This document shows, piece after piece, positions 25,976 to 33,731 of a stretch of DNA of 33,731 bases. The DNA lies in NCBI GenBank assembly GCA_020354785.1, contig CP070654.1, positions 2,474,274 to 2,508,004 of the forward strand, read 5' to 3'. The notes beneath the pieces are model-generated. The model did no database searches, was not told where the DNA came from, and saw only the letters and a program-made list of their open reading frames with translations. This stretch comes from Bacteroidales bacterium (GTDB taxonomy: Bacteria; Bacteroidota; Bacteroidia; Bacteroidales; UBA10428). A program made the translations under genes and the position numbers. Within the stretch, counting starts at the first letter, position 1; every line of letters begins with the position of its first letter.

Positions 25976-28900
25976 TTATCCCTTTTTAAATTTTGATAAT
26001 TCTGATTTCAGCCTGCTAATCTCTTTTTTATAGTCTTTCTCTTTTGTTTTAAAATCATCAGACGTTTTTTTGAAATCCTTTTCCCTCCTGCTCATTTCTT
26101 CCTGTGTAGCTTCCATTTCCTCGAGGTTTTGCCTGAGCTCCTCCTCCTGTGAGGTCAGTTCTTCTGTTTTCTGTTTGACCTGATCATACATTTTCTTCAT
26201 ATTCTCGTTAGCCCTTATTGTTGATAATGTTGCAGAAACCATTTCCCCCATTTTTTCGACAAATTCTATTTTGTAAGGTTCAAGTTTTTCAAGTGATGTA
26301 ATCTCCACAACACCCATAACTATTTCGTCAAGTTTTAATGGTACTAGAGCTAAATGTTTACACAGGGTTTCTCCTAATCCGGAAGTAAGTTTAGCATAAT
26401 TTTCAGGAAGGTCATCTACCTGGATAACTTCCTTTTCCTTAAAGCATGTTCCTACCTGTCCTTCACCAACATAAAACTTATTTACTTCTGATTTTTTCTT
26501 TTCATACCCGTAACTTCCTCTCATTTCAAGATATTGCTTTTTTTCATTATCTGAAATAATAAATATTCCTCCCTGGTTTGCCTCCAGATATTCCACAAGA
26601 TTTGAAATCAGAACCTGTGCCAGGGTATTTAGGTCATCTTTATTTTTACTCGTTAAATCACTAAACCTGGCAATTCCTGCATTATACCATTTCTGTACTC
26701 TTTCTTCTTCTTCTTTTTGCTTCAGTGCATTACCCTGCTTCTCAATTTCTTTTTTCTGCTTTTCCAGTTCTTTTTGCCCTTCTCTTATATTCTTTTCCAG
26801 AACCGCTTTATCTTTTTTTACCTGCTGTTCCCTGCGCTTTACAATATAGTAGACAATATATATTATAACAGCTCCTGTTATAATATAAAACAGCCACGTC
26901 CTCCAGAAAGGAGGAATTATTGTTATCTGAAGGGCAGCTCCTTCCTCATTCCATACACCGTCATTATTTGATGCTTTAACCCTGAATATATAATCCCCGG
27001 GATCAAGATTTGTGAAAGATACCTTACGTTCATTTTTAGCATCAATCCATTCATCATTAAATCCTTCCATCATATACATATATCTGTTTTTTTGCGATTG
27101 CCTGTAATTCAGAGCAATATACTCGAAGGAAAAGATATTTTGATTATATTTTAATTCTATATGTTTTGCTACCAGAATATTCGTTTTCAATATAGATTCT
27201 TCACCTATTTCAACATCCTCATTGAATAGCCTGAATCCGGTAATATAGACAGGCGGTTTATACGGATTATCCTGTACTTTCTCGGGATCGAACAGGTTAA
27301 AACCATTTACACCTCCAAACAGGAGTTCTCCTGTAGAAAGCTTGCTGAATGCCCATCTTCCAAACTGGTTACTTTGCAGTCCGTCGCTGGCATTATAGTT
27401 TTTAAACGTAAGACTGTCAGGATTAAATTTGCATAATCCTTCATTTGTACTTAGCCATAAATTTCCCTGGTCATCTTCGAGTATACCCAGGATAACATCA
27501 TTAGGTAAACCGTCCCTCATCCTGTATATTTTGAATGTATTATTTTCCCTGTTAAAAAGATTTAATCCCCCTCCATTGGTGCCAATCCACAGTCTCTTTT
27601 TTGAATCTTCATATAAAGAATATACTGAAGTATTACCAATCCCTCTTGTTTCATTTTCGGTTTCATTTACCTCTCCATAATTAACGAATATGTCTTTGTC
27701 CCTGTCATACATAAAAAGACCTGCTCCTTCTGAAGCTATCCATATATTACCCAGGTAATCTTCAATCATCATAACAGCAGCAGAGGCAGCAAATGAATTT
27801 GTATCATTTTCATCGCTTACATACCTGGTGAAGTTATCTTCCAGCCTGTTATATTTGCTAATTCCGTTTCCCCATGTACAAATCCAGATATCATTTCGGC
27901 TATCTTCATATATATGAAAAATATTATTGTCGCTTAAGGATGATTCATCTTCAGGGTCATAAACATAATGTTTAAACCTGTCGTTATCCGGATTATAAAC
28001 ATTAACTCCGCCACCCCACATCCCAATCCATATTAAACCGTTACTTGCCAGGTGTAAAGCAAGGATTTTATTATTTGTAAGTCCTTCCGGATTATCCGGA
28101 TCAAACATTATATGTGAAAACCTGTTTGTCCCCCGGTCAAGGAAGTTAAGACCCCCTCCGTCTGTTCCTATCCATATATTCCCGTATTCATCTTCTGCAA
28201 AGCTGGTAACGTTATTGTTACTCAGGCTGTTTTCATCATACTTTATCTTCTTATAATGCACAAACTTATATTTCCCCTTATCAAATACACATAGTCCGCC
28301 AAACCTTGTACTTATCCACATACGATTGTTGATATCAAAATAGAGATGTGCAATATCGCTGCTGCTTAAGCTTCCTTCTTCATCCTCTTCCTGGTAGAAT
28401 ACTTTAAAATTATCCTCAACTTCATCATATAAACATAAACCCCCTGATGTGCCAATCCAGATCTGGCCGGATGCACTTTCAGCAATACAATTAATCAGAT
28501 TATTCGGAATGCTGTTCTTATTCGCAGGATTATAAACATAGCGCTTGAATGTACCGTTATCAATATCCATAAGATTAAGTCCCCTGTCAAATGTGCCAAC
28601 CCATAATCTTCCTGTGGAGTCTTTATATAATCGTTGCACCTTATTACCGCTCAGGCTGTGAGGATCACCGGGATCATGCGTGAAATTTGTAAATTTTTCT
28701 TCCCTTTCATTGTACAATGACAGCCCGCCATATGTAGCTATCCAGAACTGATCCTGGCTGTCTTCTATTACATATCTGATAAAATTGCTGGGAAGTGAGT
28801 TAGTGCTGGAAGGATCATTTACAATTAATCTGAATGTCTTGCTTTTTATATCATAAACATTAATACCCTGTTCTGTGGAAATCCATATCCTGTTTTTTGA

Positions 28901-29332
28901 ATCGATAAATAATTCCTGAACTCCATCGGCAACAAGACTGTTGGGATTCCCGGGATCATGAACCATACGGATGAAGTTATCCATATCCCTGTTATAGAAA
29001 TTAAGACCTATCGATGTTCCAATCCAAAGATTCCCGTCTTTATCTTCAGCTATCGCCCTGACAAAATTGCTGCTTATACTTGTTGAGTCCCGCGGATCAT
29101 TTCTGTATATCCTGAACTGGTAACCATCATACAGGTTCAGCCCGTCTTCAGTTCCAATCCATATAAATCCCTTACTGTCCTGTATTGTAAAAAGGGCATT
29201 ACCCTGTGAAAGTCCTTGCTCGACTGACAGATGATCGAATTTTATATCATTTATTTGTCCGGCAGCACTAATATAATATACAAACAAAATTACCAGCGGA
29301 AGGTGTACACCAAGCTTGCCAGGTTTTATCAT
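25976..29332 (-). CDS. HTCS-like sensor: periplasmic two-component-regulator beta-propellers plus Y_Y_Y domain, one TM helix, then cytoplasmic coiled coil-GAF-coiled coil (no kinase, receiver or HTH)
   Basis: 1118 aa. Repeated propeller blades (..D..G.IWIGT..GL..Y/F....F..Y..). Y_Y_Y domain (NIFSFEYIALNYRQSQKNRYMYMMEGFNDEWIDAKNERKVSFTNLDPGDYIFRVKASNNDGVWN). TM segment WLFYIITGAVIIYIVYYIV. A Lys/Glu-rich coiled coil, then a GAF-like block (ANQGGIFII...LEMRGSYGY...FYVGEGQVGTCFKEKEVIQVDDLP...LALVPLKLDEIVMGVVEITSLEKL), then a terminal coiled coil (TSQEEELRQNLEEMEATQEEM...). No H-box, N/G1/G2 boxes, receiver Asp pocket or AraC HTH are visible. Confidence 0.75.
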   Translation of the reverse strand: MIKPGKLGVHLPLVILFVYYISAAGQINDIKFDHLSVEQGLSQGNALFTIQDSKGFIWIGTEDGLNLYDGYQFRIYRNDPRDSTSISSNFVRAIAEDKDGNLWIGTSIGLNFYNRDMDNFIRMVHDPGNPNSLVADGVQELFIDSKNRIWISTEQGINVYDIKSKTFRLIVNDPSSTNSLPSNFIRYVIEDSQDQFWIATYGGLSLYNEREEKFTNFTHDPGDPHSLSGNKVQRLYKDSTGRLWVGTFDRGLNLMDIDNGTFKRYVYNPANKNSIPNNLINCIAESASGQIWIGTSGGLCLYDEVEDNFKVFYQEEDEEGSLSSSDIAHLYFDINNRMWISTRFGGLCVFDKGKYKFVHYKKIKYDENSLSNNNVTSFAEDEYGNIWIGTDGGGLNFLDRGTNRFSHIMFDPDNPEGLTNNKILALHLASNGLIWIGMWGGGVNVYNPDNDRFKHYVYDPEDESSLSDNNIFHIYEDSRNDIWICTWGNGISKYNRLEDNFTRYVSDENDTNSFAASAAVMMIEDYLGNIWIASEGAGLFMYDRDKDIFVNYGEVNETENETRGIGNTSVYSLYEDSKKRLWIGTNGGGLNLFNRENNTFKIYRMRDGLPNDVILGILEDDQGNLWLSTNEGLCKFNPDSLTFKNYNASDGLQSNQFGRWAFSKLSTGELLFGGVNGFNLFDPEKVQDNPYKPPVYITGFRLFNEDVEIGEESILKTNILVAKHIELKYNQNIFSFEYIALNYRQSQKNRYMYMMEGFNDEWIDAKNERKVSFTNLDPGDYIFRVKASNNDGVWNEEGAALQITIIPPFWRTWLFYIITGAVIIYIVYYIVKRREQQVKKDKAVLEKNIREGQKELEKQKKEIEKQGNALKQKEEEERVQKWYNAGIARFSDLTSKNKDDLNTLAQVLISNLVEYLEANQGGIFIISDNEKKQYLEMRGSYGYEKKKSEVNKFYVGEGQVGTCFKEKEVIQVDDLPENYAKLTSGLGETLCKHLALVPLKLDEIVMGVVEITSLEKLEPYKIEFVEKMGEMVSATLSTIRANENMKKMYDQVKQKTEELTSQEEELRQNLEEMEATQEEMSRREKDFKKTSDDFKTKEKDYKKEISRLKSELSKFKKG

Positions 29333-29489
29333 ACCTGTGAGGATCTTTAATTGTTAGGTATAAAAACTGTTTAGATTTCAGAGAAAATTAACAAAAAAAA
29401 ATTCTATTTCCAAAGTTAATATGTTCAGTTTTTCACAAAAACCGGATGCCGGTATACTATATCAAAAATTACCGGTAGCTATAAAAAAA

Positions 29490-29520
29490 GGGGAGCTGGT
29501 TTTTTAAAAACCAGCTCCCC
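29490..29520 (-). terminator. Rho-independent terminator of the minus-strand susC/susD operon
   Basis: Perfect inverted repeat GGGGAGCTGGT (29490-29500) paired with ACCAGCTCCCC (29510-29520) around TTTTTAAAA. On the minus strand the hairpin is followed by a T-run of 7 (complement of AAAAAAA at 29483-29489). It lies 36 nt downstream of the SusD stop. Confidence 0.85.
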
Positions 29521-29555
29521 TTAGCAAACTAATTATTATTAACCTGTGAAAAAAA

Positions 29556-31094
29556 TCAATATCCCGGATTCTGTGAAAGATTCGGGTTAGCATTTATCTG
29601 ATCCTGGGGAATCGGGAAAAGATTATAATGATCATCAGCTGCTACCGGCCTGAAATCAACAGGATCATTATATTTCCCAAATCTCACCAGGTCGTTTCTT
29701 CTCCATCCTTCTCCTGACAACTCCCATCCCCTTTCTGCAAGTATTGCATCCAGGGTGAGTGTTGATGTAGTATATAATTTACTGTCATCACCGGGGAAGG
29801 CACGCGAGCGCAATTGATTTACAAGATCAACAGCTTCTGCAGTTGCTACCCCTCCGTTTTTTCTCATCAGTGCTTCGGCTTTCATGAGCAGAACATCTGC
29901 ATAGCGAAATACGACAAAATCATTTTTCAGTTGATAATTCTGGGCATCAGTATATTCATATTTTACCCAGCGTGCTCCTTCATCCTCAAATGATGTTTCT
30001 AATGTAGTTATATCAACCGTAAATATCAAGGGTTCGCCTCTTTTTTCCTGGTTGCAATATAAAGTATCGCCTGATGTAGATAATTGTAAACCCGTAATCC
30101 ACGCGTTTCTTCTGATATCTGTCGAATCATAGGATTTATAAAATGAAGGAACCGCACACATACCGTTCCAGCCTCCCTGTGTAATATCATATGTCTGGTT
30201 ACTTACAAAGTGAAGTGTCCACAGATGAAGCTGGAACATTCCGGGGCCGCTCCAGTCTTCTGCCTCAACATTATCATAAGGCACTACAAAAATATTTTCC
30301 GGAGATCCTTCGTTTTCAGCCAGGAAGTTTTCAAAATAATCTTCAGCCAGTGCGAATTTTCCCGAGTTAATTACAGAGTCACATGCTTCAATACATTCAT
30401 CCCACATAGCCTGTCCCCTGAATACTTCCGCATTAAGGTAGAGTTTGGCCAGTAATGTAAAGGCTGCATAACGATGAAAACGTCCGTATGTAGTATTATC
30501 AACTGCATTGTTTAACACCGCCGTACTGCTACTTATCTCTTCCTCTACAAAATCAAAAACTTCCTGCCTGGTATTGTTAAACGGAGCAAATTCTTCAGGG
30601 ACATCATAACGGTCAACCAGGGGAACATTACCGAACAGGTCGAGTGCAACAAAATAGTAAAATGATCTTAATGCCTTTAATTCATTGCTTACAGTAATTA
30701 AGGCGGGAGTTATTTCGTCAACCTGGTCATATATATAAATAGGCCGGTTGCAATTTGACACTCCGGTATAGATAAAATCCCATGCAGCATTTATATCACC
30801 TTCCTCTGTATTCCATTCATGTTTATGAAAACGCTGGTAAATACCGGCGTTATACCAGTGCGAGCCCCGGGTCGGAATAAGCATCTCATCTGTAGTTAGC
30901 TCATTTAATCCCCATACTCCTTCGGGTTTGACAATTCCTTTCAGGCTGGTATATGCCGGCCCTGCTGCGGATAAAACCTGCCTTTCGGTTTTAAAGAAAG
31001 TCTCACTAACAATATCATGATAAACGTCAACATCCAGATCTGTGCATGAAAATAAAGCTGCCAGTATTATTGATAAGAATAATAACTTTTTCAT
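29556..31094 (-). CDS. SusD/RagB-family outer-membrane glycan-binding lipoprotein (PUL 2)
   Basis: 512 aa. Lipoprotein signal MKKLLFLSIILAALFSC. SusD-type motifs: LRSFYYFVALDLFGNVP, FRYADVLLMKAEA, ERGWELSGEGWRRNDLVRF, and a terminal NPGY. It starts 11 nt downstream of SusC. Confidence 0.9.
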   Translation of the reverse strand: MKKLLFLSIILAALFSCTDLDVDVYHDIVSETFFKTERQVLSAAGPAYTSLKGIVKPEGVWGLNELTTDEMLIPTRGSHWYNAGIYQRFHKHEWNTEEGDINAAWDFIYTGVSNCNRPIYIYDQVDEITPALITVSNELKALRSFYYFVALDLFGNVPLVDRYDVPEEFAPFNNTRQEVFDFVEEEISSSTAVLNNAVDNTTYGRFHRYAAFTLLAKLYLNAEVFRGQAMWDECIEACDSVINSGKFALAEDYFENFLAENEGSPENIFVVPYDNVEAEDWSGPGMFQLHLWTLHFVSNQTYDITQGGWNGMCAVPSFYKSYDSTDIRRNAWITGLQLSTSGDTLYCNQEKRGEPLIFTVDITTLETSFEDEGARWVKYEYTDAQNYQLKNDFVVFRYADVLLMKAEALMRKNGGVATAEAVDLVNQLRSRAFPGDDSKLYTTSTLTLDAILAERGWELSGEGWRRNDLVRFGKYNDPVDFRPVAADDHYNLFPIPQDQINANPNLSQNPGY

Positions 31095-31105
31095 ATTTAT
31101 TTAAT

Positions 31106-33731
31106 TTAAAATTTTACATTAAAACCAACCATAAAGTTACGTGTACTCGGGTAATCAAAACGGTTATCATTGCCAGGCTCAAGCCCGCGTATAGATACTT
31201 CCGGATCAACACCTTTATAGCCGGTAATAACAAGCAGGTTTGTCCCGCTTAAAAAAATCCGCCCGGATGTAATCCACTCTATGTTTTTAAGCGGTATTCT
31301 GTATCCTATCGTTATATTATCTACTTTGATGAAATCTGCATCTTCAACATAATAACTTGAAAAATCAGGTTCATCCCATACATCCTCATCAAGCGCTGAT
31401 TTCATTACATTATCTGGCAGAAATGACGGGTTGTCGTACCAAATACGTTTTGCATTGATAATCTGTTGTCCGAACATACCTCTGCACATTATTGTTAAAT
31501 CCCAGTTTCCGTAAAGTAAAGTAGTGGACAAGCCCATATATAAGTCGGGGATGCCGTTTCCTATAACATCCCTGTCGGAAACATTAATTCGGCCGTCAGA
31601 TGTATCATTAACAGGATCATAATCCCTGAATATCCATCCGCCTGTTGAATCCAGGCCCTCAAAAACATATCCGTGTATGTTTCCCAGAGGTTTACCAACC
31701 TCGTAGCGGTGAGTCCATGCCTCAACACCCGGAGGACCTATATCACCCTTATTTCTTCCTTCCAGTGTAAAATAATCATTAGAAAGTGAAAGCAGTTTGT
31801 TCTTCCTGTAGTCAATATTAAAATCAAGCCTCCAGATAAGTTTTTCCCTATTAACCGGTTCTGCATTTATGCTTAATTCAATACCTGAATTCCTCAGTGA
31901 ACCTACATTCTGATATGTCTCATCATCCAGATTCGGTGGTTGTGGAACACCATAAAGTTCCAGAAGATCCTTTGTATCACGTATATAATAATCAATTGTA
32001 CCACCCAGGCGCGAATTAAATACTAACCAGTCTATCCCAATATTATATTCATGCTTGGTTTCCCATTTAAGGTCGGGATTGGGATTGCTTTTTGGGCCAA
32101 ATCCCTGAATATAATTACCTTCATAATAAAACCTTCCTTCGTAACCATATCTTATAAGGGGGATATAGGGATCTTCAAGCCCCTCATTGCCGGTTACACC
32201 ATATCCTCCGCGGAGTTTAAGCATTTGAATATCAAATCCGCTCATAAATTCTTCACTGGAAATGTCCCATGCAACGGATACAGCAGGGAACATACCCCAT
32301 TTATTGTTTGCTCCGAATTTTGATGAACCTTCACGTCTTATACTTGCCGAAATAAAATACCTGCCGCGAAAGTTATATGCACCACGTGCAAAAAATGCTA
32401 TCAGCCGGCTTTGTTTCTTTTCAGAATTCATAGTAGCACTTCCTTCAGTAAGGTGCGTTCCCAAACCTAAATTATTATACTCTATTTCATCAGTCATAAA
32501 ATTTGTATTAGACGCTTCAAATCCTTCATAAATAAAATCCTGGTATGAATATCCTCCTATGATATTGATATTATGTTTTGACAGTTGTTTTTTCCATTCA
32601 ATAACTGATTCAAATGTAGTAACTGATTTAGCATACATTTCCCGTTCAGCCCTGCCAAATGTTCCTGCGGTTTCCTGGGGAAAGGAATAACTGGGCTGAT
32701 AATACCCACCAAGTGAATCAACAATATGCAGACCTGTAAGAATTCCAACCTTCAGTTCCCTGGTAATATTTAAATCGGCGCCCAGATTCACAAAATATCT
32801 TGAAATTTTTTTATCGTCTGTGCGCTCTGTCAGTATTCCGACCGGATTGTCATTTTGCCAGCCAGGGACTTCATGTATACCGCCATCTGTATTATAGACA
32901 GGCTGTGTAGGGTTTCGCTTAATAGCTTGTCTGACAGCATTATAATCTACCGGATGGTAGTTACTGTTAGTCATACCCAGCTGGGTATTGAACATGAGCC
33001 TGTCTTTTAAGGCTAACTGCTGCATATTTAAACTTACTTTATACTCTTTTCTTGAATTATTCAATAGTATTCCTTCGTGACTCAAATAATCAAATGACAG
33101 GCGGTAACTGGTATTTTCAGAGCCGCCGCTTAAAGAAAGATGATGATTATGACTGAATGGTTCTCTTGTAATTTCATCAAACCAGTCGGTACTTTGCCCC
33201 CAATCTTCCATACTCTCAGATTTATTAGATTTTCTTACATCATCCGACTGAGACCATTCTTCTTTTATTGCACGGTATTCATCTGCACTTAGAACTTCGA
33301 TTTTATTTAGAATACGTTCTGTAAAGAATCTGCTTGATAGCTCAACCTGCAATTTACCTTTCTGACCTTTTTTTGTTGTAACCAGTAAAACACCGTTAGT
33401 CCCCCGGGTACCATAAATAGCAGCTGCTGATCCGTCCTTCAGAATATCTATAGATTCAATATCTTCCGGGGCAATGGATTCAAGGCTCCCTCCGGGGATG
33501 CCGTCAACTACTACAAGAGGTTGAAGACTACCCAATACACTTGAAGATCCTCTTAACAGAACTTCAAAGCCTGAATTGGGATCACCACCGTTTGGTCTGA
33601 CAATAGACAAGCCAGCTACTTTACCCTGTATTAACTGAATTGGATCAGAAAATACACCCTGGTTAAAATCATCCTCTTTCATAGAAGCAACTGAGCCTGT
33701 AAGCTCTCTTCTCTTAATAGAGCCGTATCCA
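31106..33731 (-). CDS. SusC/RagA-family TonB-dependent transporter (PUL 2), 5'-truncated by the right window edge
   Basis: The track ORF starts at the Met at 33682, but the frame stays open to 33731 and reads ..GYGSIKRRELTGSVASMKEDDF.., the conserved SusC 'GYG..K..LTG.V' segment. The true start (signal peptide and N-terminal domain) is therefore outside the window. The plug motif IESIDILKDGSAAAIYGTRGTNGVLLVTTKKG and the terminal beta-strand ..MVGFNVKF are present. Confidence 0.92.
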   Translation of the reverse strand, partial: GYGSIKRRELTGSVASMKEDDFNQGVFSDPIQLIQGKVAGLSIVRPNGGDPNSGFEVLLRGSSSVLGSLQPLVVVDGIPGGSLESIAPEDIESIDILKDGSAAAIYGTRGTNGVLLVTTKKGQKGKLQVELSSRFFTERILNKIEVLSADEYRAIKEEWSQSDDVRKSNKSESMEDWGQSTDWFDEITREPFSHNHHLSLSGGSENTSYRLSFDYLSHEGILLNNSRKEYKVSLNMQQLALKDRLMFNTQLGMTNSNYHPVDYNAVRQAIKRNPTQPVYNTDGGIHEVPGWQNDNPVGILTERTDDKKISRYFVNLGADLNITRELKVGILTGLHIVDSLGGYYQPSYSFPQETAGTFGRAEREMYAKSVTTFESVIEWKKQLSKHNINIIGGYSYQDFIYEGFEASNTNFMTDEIEYNNLGLGTHLTEGSATMNSEKKQSRLIAFFARGAYNFRGRYFISASIRREGSSKFGANNKWGMFPAVSVAWDISSEEFMSGFDIQMLKLRGGYGVTGNEGLEDPYIPLIRYGYEGRFYYEGNYIQGFGPKSNPNPDLKWETKHEYNIGIDWLVFNSRLGGTIDYYIRDTKDLLELYGVPQPPNLDDETYQNVGSLRNSGIELSINAEPVNREKLIWRLDFNIDYRKNKLLSLSNDYFTLEGRNKGDIGPPGVEAWTHRYEVGKPLGNIHGYVFEGLDSTGGWIFRDYDPVNDTSDGRINVSDRDVIGNGIPDLYMGLSTTLLYGNWDLTIMCRGMFGQQIINAKRIWYDNPSFLPDNVMKSALDEDVWDEPDFSSYYVEDADFIKVDNITIGYRIPLKNIEWITSGRIFLSGTNLLVITGYKGVDPEVSIRGLEPGNDNRFDYPSTRNFMVGFNVKF

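Noticed and set aside
29440-29480. Short inverted CCGGTA...TACCGG repeat upstream of the susD terminator, and a similar CCCGGTA stem sequence in the 18332 terminator
   Set aside because: The arms are only 6 nt with a long AT-rich spacer. The resemblance between the two loci is limited to this hexamer, so it is probably coincidental.
33680-33682. The ATG at 33682 as the start codon of the second SusC
   Set aside because: The frame remains open to the window edge. The upstream residues (GYGSIKRRELTGSVAS) are the conserved SusC segment that lies about 100 aa into such proteins. The gene is truncated by the window, so this is not its start.
1-33731. Mobile elements, defence systems, CRISPR arrays, and rRNA/tRNA genes
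   Set aside because: I saw no transposase, integrase, recombinase, restriction-modification or toxin-antitoxin-like ORFs. I saw no direct-repeat/spacer arrays. Intergenic regions are short and AT-rich, without tRNA-like GC-rich cloverleaf segments. The window looks like stable chromosomal carbohydrate-utilisation DNA.

Overview
This window looks like a chromosomal segment of a Bacteroidota genome. The evidence is two SusC/SusD pairs, two proteins with type IX secretion C-terminal sorting domains, and AT-rich intergenic DNA. I found no rRNA, tRNA, CRISPR array, transposase, integrase or phage genes.

Layout, left to right:
- (1) A 5'-partial sodium:solute symporter on the minus strand (1-1168). 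It is not in the ORF track because it runs off the window edge.
- (2) A long plus-strand polysaccharide utilization locus (PUL, 1512-18299), apparently one operon closed by a strong bidirectional hairpin. It encodes SusC, SusD, an unclassified glycoside-hydrolase-like lipoprotein, two tandem URO-D/MtaA-like proteins, an ExuT-like MFS transporter, a GH95 fucosidase and a large GH2-malectin-CBM enzyme.
- (3) A T9SS-secreted, CBM-like protein with no catalytic domain (minus strand).
- (4) A Tat-signal aldo/keto reductase with two ferredoxin-type Cys motifs, followed by a secreted protein with a discoidin (F5/8 type C) domain.
- (5) A T9SS-secreted GH5 enzyme (minus strand).
- (6) A SigZ-type ECF sigma factor and an arsenite methyltransferase (ArsM). 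Each is preceded by the same ~40 bp promoter-like motif.
- (7) A propeller/Y_Y_Y sensor of the hybrid two-component type. Its cytoplasmic part is only coiled coil, GAF domain and coiled coil, with no kinase, receiver or HTH.
- (8) A second SusC/SusD pair on the minus strand. Its SusC is truncated by the right window edge.

The candidates I consider most novel are the coupled pair of Zn-motif URO-D/MtaA-like enzymes inside the PUL, the SigZ-ArsM module with its shared promoter motif and Cys-rich sigma tail, the output-less PUL sensor, and the unclassified GH-like lipoprotein. All functional calls rest on motif recognition by eye. No database search was run.
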